Below, in pieces: positions 59,547 to 64,000 of a DNA stretch of 64,000 nt. Where the stretch lies: positions 153,107 through 217,106 of the forward strand of contig CBDHFN010000002.1 in the NCBI GenBank assembly GCA_965262605.1. Direction: 5' to 3'. The stretch is from Alphaproteobacteria bacterium (lineage in GTDB: Bacteria > Pseudomonadota > Alphaproteobacteria > JASGCL01). A program made the position numbers and the translations under genes. Each line of letters starts with the position of its first letter. The stretch's first letter is position 1. The notes under the pieces are model-generated. The model did no database searches. It was not told where the DNA came from and saw only the letters and a list, made by a program, of their open reading frames with translations.

Positions 59547-60201
59547 AATATTGCGCTAAAGCCGTTTTTGCGTCAATATATCCCAAGCTTTGCGATTTAT
59601 GCCATAATTCTTGGGCTTTTTTACTATCGCGTATGCCGCCTTCGCCATTATAATTCATTAAGGCTAAATAATATTGGGCTTCACCATTATTATTTAAATG
59701 TTTTTTTTGCAAATATTGCCTTGCTTTTGTATGGTTTTTGGGGATATTTTCGCCATCGCGCATCCATTTAGCAAGCGTAATTGTCGCTTGTTCAAATTCA
59801 TCATCTGAGGCAATATTTAAGTAATGCAAAGCCTTGCTGACATCAACCTTGGTGATATTATCACCTTGATAATATGCCATTGCTAATTTATAATTGGCTC
59901 TGCCATATTTAAGGCTTGCGGATTTAAGCAAATATTGCCGTGATTTATTAAGGTTTTTCGGCGTATTAAAGCCTTTTTCTAAAATTATCGCATATAATTC
60001 AAACGCACGGGCATTTTTTAGGCGCATTTGCAAGTTTAAATTTTTTAAATAATGGTGATTTTTCGCAATTTTCTTGGCAAATTCCTCAATTTGCGTATTA
60101 TCCAATTCATCATAATTGGCGGGATAAATAATATTTTGCGCATTTAAAAAACCTATAAAATAAAGACTAATCGCCAATGAAATAGTAATTTGGTATTTCA
60201 T
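59536..60201 (-). CDS. Secreted Sel1-like repeat (SLR/TPR-like) protein
   Basis: 221 aa with a signal peptide and three or four Sel1-like repeats (ALHYLNIASDDEF..., AQYYLALMNYNGEGGIRDSKKAQELWHKSQSLGY). Confidence 0.75.
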   Translation of the reverse strand: MKYQITISLAISLYFIGFLNAQNIIYPANYDELDNTQIEEFAKKIAKNHHYLKNLNLQMRLKNARAFELYAIILEKGFNTPKNLNKSRQYLLKSASLKYGRANYKLAMAYYQGDNITKVDVSKALHYLNIASDDEFEQATITLAKWMRDGENIPKNHTKARQYLQKKHLNNNGEAQYYLALMNYNGEGGIRDSKKAQELWHKSQSLGYIDAKTALAQYFNQ

Positions 60202-60891
60202 TTATAAATAAGAAATATCTAAAATTTCCAGAAAATCAATGGAAGGTTTATGCCCGCGCTTCGCGGCTTTTTTAAAAAATTCAATGGCTAATTCTTCGTT
60301 TTTGTCTACGCCATCGCCGTTATAATAAATATTAGCAATATTATAATTGACAATCATGTTATTTTCCACGCCGGGAATTTTATATATTTCAAGGGCTTTA
60401 TTAACATTTTTGGGCACTTCTAGCCCAGTTCGGTATAAATTGCCAAGAAAAATTATTGATTCCAAGGAACCTTTCTTGGCTGATTCTTCAAATAATTTAA
60501 GGGCAACGGGTAAATCGCGCGTAAATTCATTCATGCCAATATAGTAATTTAAAGCTCTTGCGAACATTGCCCGTTTATTGCCCAATTCGGCGGCTCGGTT
60601 TAAATACTTCGCATATAATTCACCATTAGGCTTACCATCATAGCCGGCTTCGTATATAATGCTTAGCAATTCATTAGCAAAAGATGCTTCTTGGTTAGTT
60701 TTTGATGCTAATTCTTTAATTTTCTTAAAATCACTGGGGGTTTGGGCGATATTTTTGGCAAAAATTTTAATTTTACTTATGCCAATTTTTTCAAAATCAT
60801 CGGGAAAAAAGCCCGCATAAATTGGTTGTGCGAACATCATAAGCAACAAAAGAACAATGAAATTACTTGTATTTTTTCTGACCATGAACAT
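60202..60891 (-). CDS. Secreted Sel1-like repeat protein (tandem paralogue)
   Basis: 229 aa with a signal peptide and Sel1 repeats (AMFARALNYYIGMNEF..., IANIYYNGDGVDKNEELAIEFFKKAAKRGH). Confidence 0.75.
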   Translation of the reverse strand: MFMVRKNTSNFIVLLLLMMFAQPIYAGFFPDDFEKIGISKIKIFAKNIAQTPSDFKKIKELASKTNQEASFANELLSIIYEAGYDGKPNGELYAKYLNRAAELGNKRAMFARALNYYIGMNEFTRDLPVALKLFEESAKKGSLESIIFLGNLYRTGLEVPKNVNKALEIYKIPGVENNMIVNYNIANIYYNGDGVDKNEELAIEFFKKAAKRGHKPSIDFLEILDISYL

Positions 60892-61009
60892 ATTTTATCA
60901 AATTTTCTTAATATTGTCAAGTATTGTCTGGATTTTTTTTCACCCTGATTTCGCAATATATGAAAAAATATCAACGCTAGCGATAATAAATATTAAATGC
61001 GCTTTGCTT

Positions 61010-62059
61010 TTAAAATGGTCCTTTAAAAGCTTCAATTTCGCCCAATTTTGGCGCGGGCGGGTTGTATGCTGATTTACCATTAATCATTTCATGGGCTTTA
61101 ATCGCAACGGACACGGGCGATGGGTAAAATTCCAGTTCCAAACATCTTGAAGTTGGGCAAGGTGTCGGTGCATAACCGATTCGCGCCATTTTATAATGCC
61201 CCAAACCCCGTTCAACCATTTGGGCGATAATTTCTGATGCTACGCCGCTTGGCAACCAATCATTTTCCACGATGAGTAATTTACCAGTTTTTTGCAATGA
61301 TTTAGCAATGGCATCATAATCCATTGGGCTTAGGGTGATTGGGTCAATTACTTCGGCTTGAATGCCTTCTTGCGCCAATAAATCGGCGGCGCGAATGCAA
61401 TCTAAAATCGTGTATGTCATACCGACTAAGGTAATATCTTGCCCGTCACGCATGGTGCGCGCCACGCCAAACTTGCCAATAATTCGCTCGTTTGGCACGA
61501 TTCCCGTTTGCGCATAAACCATGCGGTGTTCCACCATTACCACTGGATTATTATCCAAAATTGCCGCTGCCATCATTGCCTTAGCATCATGGGGGGTATT
61601 GGGTGCAATAACTTTAATACCCGGAATATGCGTGAAAAAATTATATAAAGATTGGCTATGTTGTGCGCCCTGCCCCCAACTGCGACCGATGCTTGCCCTG
61701 ACAACAAACGGCACAGATTGCTTGCCATCGGAAATATAATGAATTTTTGCCGCCATATTGACCAATTGATTCATGCAAAGCATTAAAAAATCCATGCGTT
61801 GATGCACAAATATCGGGCGCATACCCGCCAAAGCCGCTCCAATGCCAATGCCAGTCATGGCATCTTCGGATAAGGGCATATCAAAACAGCGCGAATCACC
61901 AAATTCTTTATGTAAATCTAATGTTGAACCATAATGACCTTTGGCATCATCTACCCCTAAACCATAAACAAATACGCCATTGTCAAGTTGCATTTCCTGC
62001 GCGGTTGCTTCACGAATTGCTTGACCATATGAAATAATGCGGTTATTGGGCGTAGACAT
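61010..62059 (-). CDS. 2-oxoacid (pyruvate/acetoin) dehydrogenase E1 component beta subunit
   Basis: The ORF is 61010-62104, with the likely start MSTPNN. It has a transketolase-like pyrimidine-binding and C-terminal domain sequence (FGDSRCFDMPLSEDAMTGIGIGAALAGMRPI). Confidence 0.9.
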   Translation of the reverse strand: MSTPNNRIISYGQAIREATAQEMQLDNGVFVYGLGVDDAKGHYGSTLDLHKEFGDSRCFDMPLSEDAMTGIGIGAALAGMRPIFVHQRMDFLMLCMNQLVNMAAKIHYISDGKQSVPFVVRASIGRSWGQGAQHSQSLYNFFTHIPGIKVIAPNTPHDAKAMMAAAILDNNPVVMVEHRMVYAQTGIVPNERIIGKFGVARTMRDGQDITLVGMTYTILDCIRAADLLAQEGIQAEVIDPITLSPMDYDAIAKSLQKTGKLLIVENDWLPSGVASEIIAQMVERGLGHYKMARIGYAPTPCPTSRCLELEFYPSPVSVAIKAHEMINGKSAYNPPAPKLGEIEAFKGPF

Positions 62060-62984
62060 TGGAGTATAATTCTGTTGTGGTTGGGAATTCTTGGGATTCT
62101 GCAAAATTTAACGCATCGGCAATTTCTGATTCAACGCGTGAATCAATATTTTGGGCAATATTTTCGCTTAATTTCGCGCGCATTTTCGGTAAGTCATCTT
62201 CGCTAATGGCTTTATCAAGTTCGGCATCTGAACGAAATTTCAAATATCTGTCATCGCCCACGCCGACATGGTCACGAAAACGGCTCGTGGGTATTTCTAA
62301 ATATTGGGGTTTGCCGGTTTGGGCAATTTTCGTCAATAAATCTTTTGTTTGCTGATAAATTCCATGCACGGAATTATCCAAACATTGCGTGCCTTCCACC
62401 CCAAAAGCTTCTACACGGGCTAAAATATTATCATTGGCTTGGCGTTTTGTTTGATGCGTATAAATAGCGTATTGGTTATTTTCGCAAATAAATAAAATCG
62501 GCAATTGCTTTAAAGCCGCAAAATTACACGATTCCCAAAACGCGCCTTCTTCGGTTGCGCCATCACCAAAATAACAAATCGCGCGGCTAGATTTTTTTTG
62601 CATTTTCATCGCCAAAGCATAACCAACAGCATTAGAAACTTGGCTGGCGACTATCGCCGAAGTATAGGCAAAATTTACATTTATATCGCCCAAGTGCATA
62701 GAGCCACCCTTGCCATTAGAACAACCACCCATTTTGCCATATAATTCCGCCCACATGCGCTTTAAATCACCGCCATGCGCCAAATAATGCGCGTGCGAGC
62801 GGTAATTGGAAAAAATAAAGTCAGTTTTATCGCATGCCAACCCCACGCCAACCGCAATGGATTCTTGCCCAATTGACAAATGCACGGGGCTTTTGACTTT
62901 ATCACTAGGGTAAAGCCTGATAATTTCTTCTTCGCTTCGGCGAATTAATTTCGCTAAATAATAGCTTTGTTCCAAAAAATTCAT
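62043..62984 (-). CDS. 2-oxoacid (pyruvate/acetoin) dehydrogenase E1 component alpha subunit
   Basis: 313 aa with the TPP-binding motif (YFGDGATEEGAFWESCNFAALKQLPILFICENNQYA). No E2 or E3 gene is adjacent. Confidence 0.85.
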   Translation of the reverse strand: MNFLEQSYYLAKLIRRSEEEIIRLYPSDKVKSPVHLSIGQESIAVGVGLACDKTDFIFSNYRSHAHYLAHGGDLKRMWAELYGKMGGCSNGKGGSMHLGDINVNFAYTSAIVASQVSNAVGYALAMKMQKKSSRAICYFGDGATEEGAFWESCNFAALKQLPILFICENNQYAIYTHQTKRQANDNILARVEAFGVEGTQCLDNSVHGIYQQTKDLLTKIAQTGKPQYLEIPTSRFRDHVGVGDDRYLKFRSDAELDKAISEDDLPKMRAKLSENIAQNIDSRVESEIADALNFAESQEFPTTTELYSNVYAQ

Positions 62985-63126
62985 GCGTTAAGACTAAACT
63001 ATTTCGTTTTAAAATACAAGAATAATTGAGCAGGTTTCAAAATTATTTTTTTGTTATTAATTCTTGCAAATACCAATGAGTTGCAATTATTTTTTCATTC
63101 ATAAAGTGCGAATATGAATGAAAATT

Positions 63127-63438
63127 TTAATTTGATTTTTTGTAAAAAACAACACCAACGCGGTCAATATGTTGTCGTAATTCATGATTTTCAATTTTGC
63201 CATAAATGGATAAATCAACCACAAATGGAATGTCGGAATCGTCCAATTCGCTAGCAATTTTGTGCAATATGTTAAAATTTATTGTGTCACCAAGCAAAGT
63301 TAAATCAATATCGGAACCAGTTTTATAATTACCCATTGCCCGCGAACCATAAATTATTGCCTTGTCAACTTGTTTATATCGGGCAAGAATAGTAATAATT
63401 TGCGTTATATTTTGCGCGGACAAACCAAATTTACTCAT
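63127..63438 (-). CDS. Minimal nucleotidyltransferase (HI0073/MNT-like)
   Basis: 103 aa with the NTase fold motif (AIIYGSRAMGNYKTGSDIDLTLLGD). It is paired with the upstream HI0074-like gene. Confidence 0.75.
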   Translation of the reverse strand: MSKFGLSAQNITQIITILARYKQVDKAIIYGSRAMGNYKTGSDIDLTLLGDTINFNILHKIASELDDSDIPFVVDLSIYGKIENHELRQHIDRVGVVFYKKSN

Positions 63439-63850
63439 TATTATTCAAAAACCCTGTGAATTTTGTTGATAATAATGCAAATTCGGGATAAAATATTTGA
63501 TAAATATTTTCTGCTAATTCTTGTGCCATTGATTCATCATAAACATTTGTTGCCATATTGCGGGCACCAATCATTTGCATCCAAACATCACCATTGGCAA
63601 TAATGCCAAGTTTAAATGCTTGCCTAAATGAATCTTTTGCCCCCATAATATCCATGATTCCTTGATATTTTAAATAATCTTTCAGCATGTTCCATGATAA
63701 TTCATAAATTATCACAAATGAATGCATTAATCCTTGTTGTTCAAGGGGAGTTAGCGGGCGTGATTCTTGCAAATTAACCGCATCTTGCAAGTTTTCAAAA
63801 GCTTTTTGAAAATTACTAAATCGTTGTTGCCAGCGAATATCCAAACTCAT
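63431..63850 (-). CDS. HI0074-family nucleotidyltransferase substrate-binding (HEPN-like) protein
   Basis: The ORF is 63431-63958 and the likely start MSLDIRWQQRFSNFQKAF is at 63850. The sequence resembles HI0074-family four-helix proteins. It overlaps the NTase gene by 8 nt. Confidence 0.65.
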   Translation of the reverse strand: MSLDIRWQQRFSNFQKAFENLQDAVNLQESRPLTPLEQQGLMHSFVIIYELSWNMLKDYLKYQGIMDIMGAKDSFRQAFKLGIIANGDVWMQMIGARNMATNVYDESMAQELAENIYQIFYPEFALLSTKFTGFLNNNE

Positions 63851-63929
63851 AATATAAAATCCAAAATTACTATTATCAATTGCTATATTACCATAATAAA
63901 AAAAAATTGCAAGTATAGTCAAAATACCC

Positions 63930-63952
63930 AATAGATTTAAAATAAATCTATT
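63930..63952. promoter_or_regulatory. Perfect 9-bp inverted repeat (AATAGATTT-N5-AAATCTATT) upstream of the NTase pair; a candidate operator
   Basis: The palindrome is read directly from the sequence about 80 bp upstream of the probable start of the HI0074-like gene. Confidence 0.25.
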
Positions 63953-64000
63953 GGTCAAATTTTGACTATAAAGGGGGTTGTTAAGGGGGATTTTGAGCTG

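Noticed and set aside
63851-63958. Hydrophobic N-terminal extension of the HI0074-like ORF that looks like a signal or TM segment
   Set aside because: HI0074-family proteins are cytoplasmic four-helix proteins. An internal Met (MSLDIRWQQRF) matches the family N-terminus, and the extension contains the palindromic operator candidate.
1-64000. Looked for tRNA/rRNA genes, CRISPR arrays, IS elements, integrases and prophage remnants, especially in intergenic gaps (14420-14536, 21900-21974, 23973-24060, 39507-39735, 47129-47223, 53763-53902, 54995-55150, 60892-61009, 62985-63126)
   Set aside because: I found no cloverleaf-like GC-rich stems, no spaced direct repeats, and no transposase or integrase-like ORFs.

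Overview
This is a 64 kb, gene-dense chromosomal segment of an AT-rich Gram-negative proteobacterium (roughly one-third GC by eye). About 70 genes are tightly packed on both strands, and many gene junctions show ATGA-type start/stop overlaps. Housekeeping content I can read includes mlaFE, scpAB, nagZ, accBC-aroQ, dnaG, dksA, rdgB, ppa, proA, suhB, ahcY, ptsH and a complete contiguous hisG-D-(C-B fusion)-H-A-F-IE operon. Transport is heavily represented: a TRAP dctPQM, two Opp/Yej-type ABC systems with fused double ATPases, and MFS, DMT, TauE and LysE transporters. The nagZ-scpA-scpB and ptsH(npr)-ahcY adjacencies are typical of Alphaproteobacteria, and tandem Sel1-repeat proteins suggest a host-associated lifestyle. 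This taxonomic call is inference, not a database result. I saw no rRNA, tRNA, CRISPR, IS element or integrase. The most unusual feature is a translationally coupled seven-gene cluster at 6980-14419. It encodes a SAM methyltransferase, a membrane-anchored FNR-like flavoprotein with a 2Fe-2S domain, a tandem cNMP-binding protein, a 4x[4Fe-4S] ferredoxin, a ferric-reductase/NOX-like di-heme-b membrane protein, and a roughly 10-heme membrane-anchored cytochrome c. I interpret it as a candidate undescribed cytoplasm-to-periplasm electron conduit. Other accessory items are a very AT-rich two-gene islet of unknown function upstream of hisG, a HipA-family kinase/XRE pair in reversed order, a HI0073/HI0074-type nucleotidyltransferase pair, a radical-SAM protein with a leader-peptide-like N-terminus, a HisC-IGPD fusion and a 2-Cys DksA.
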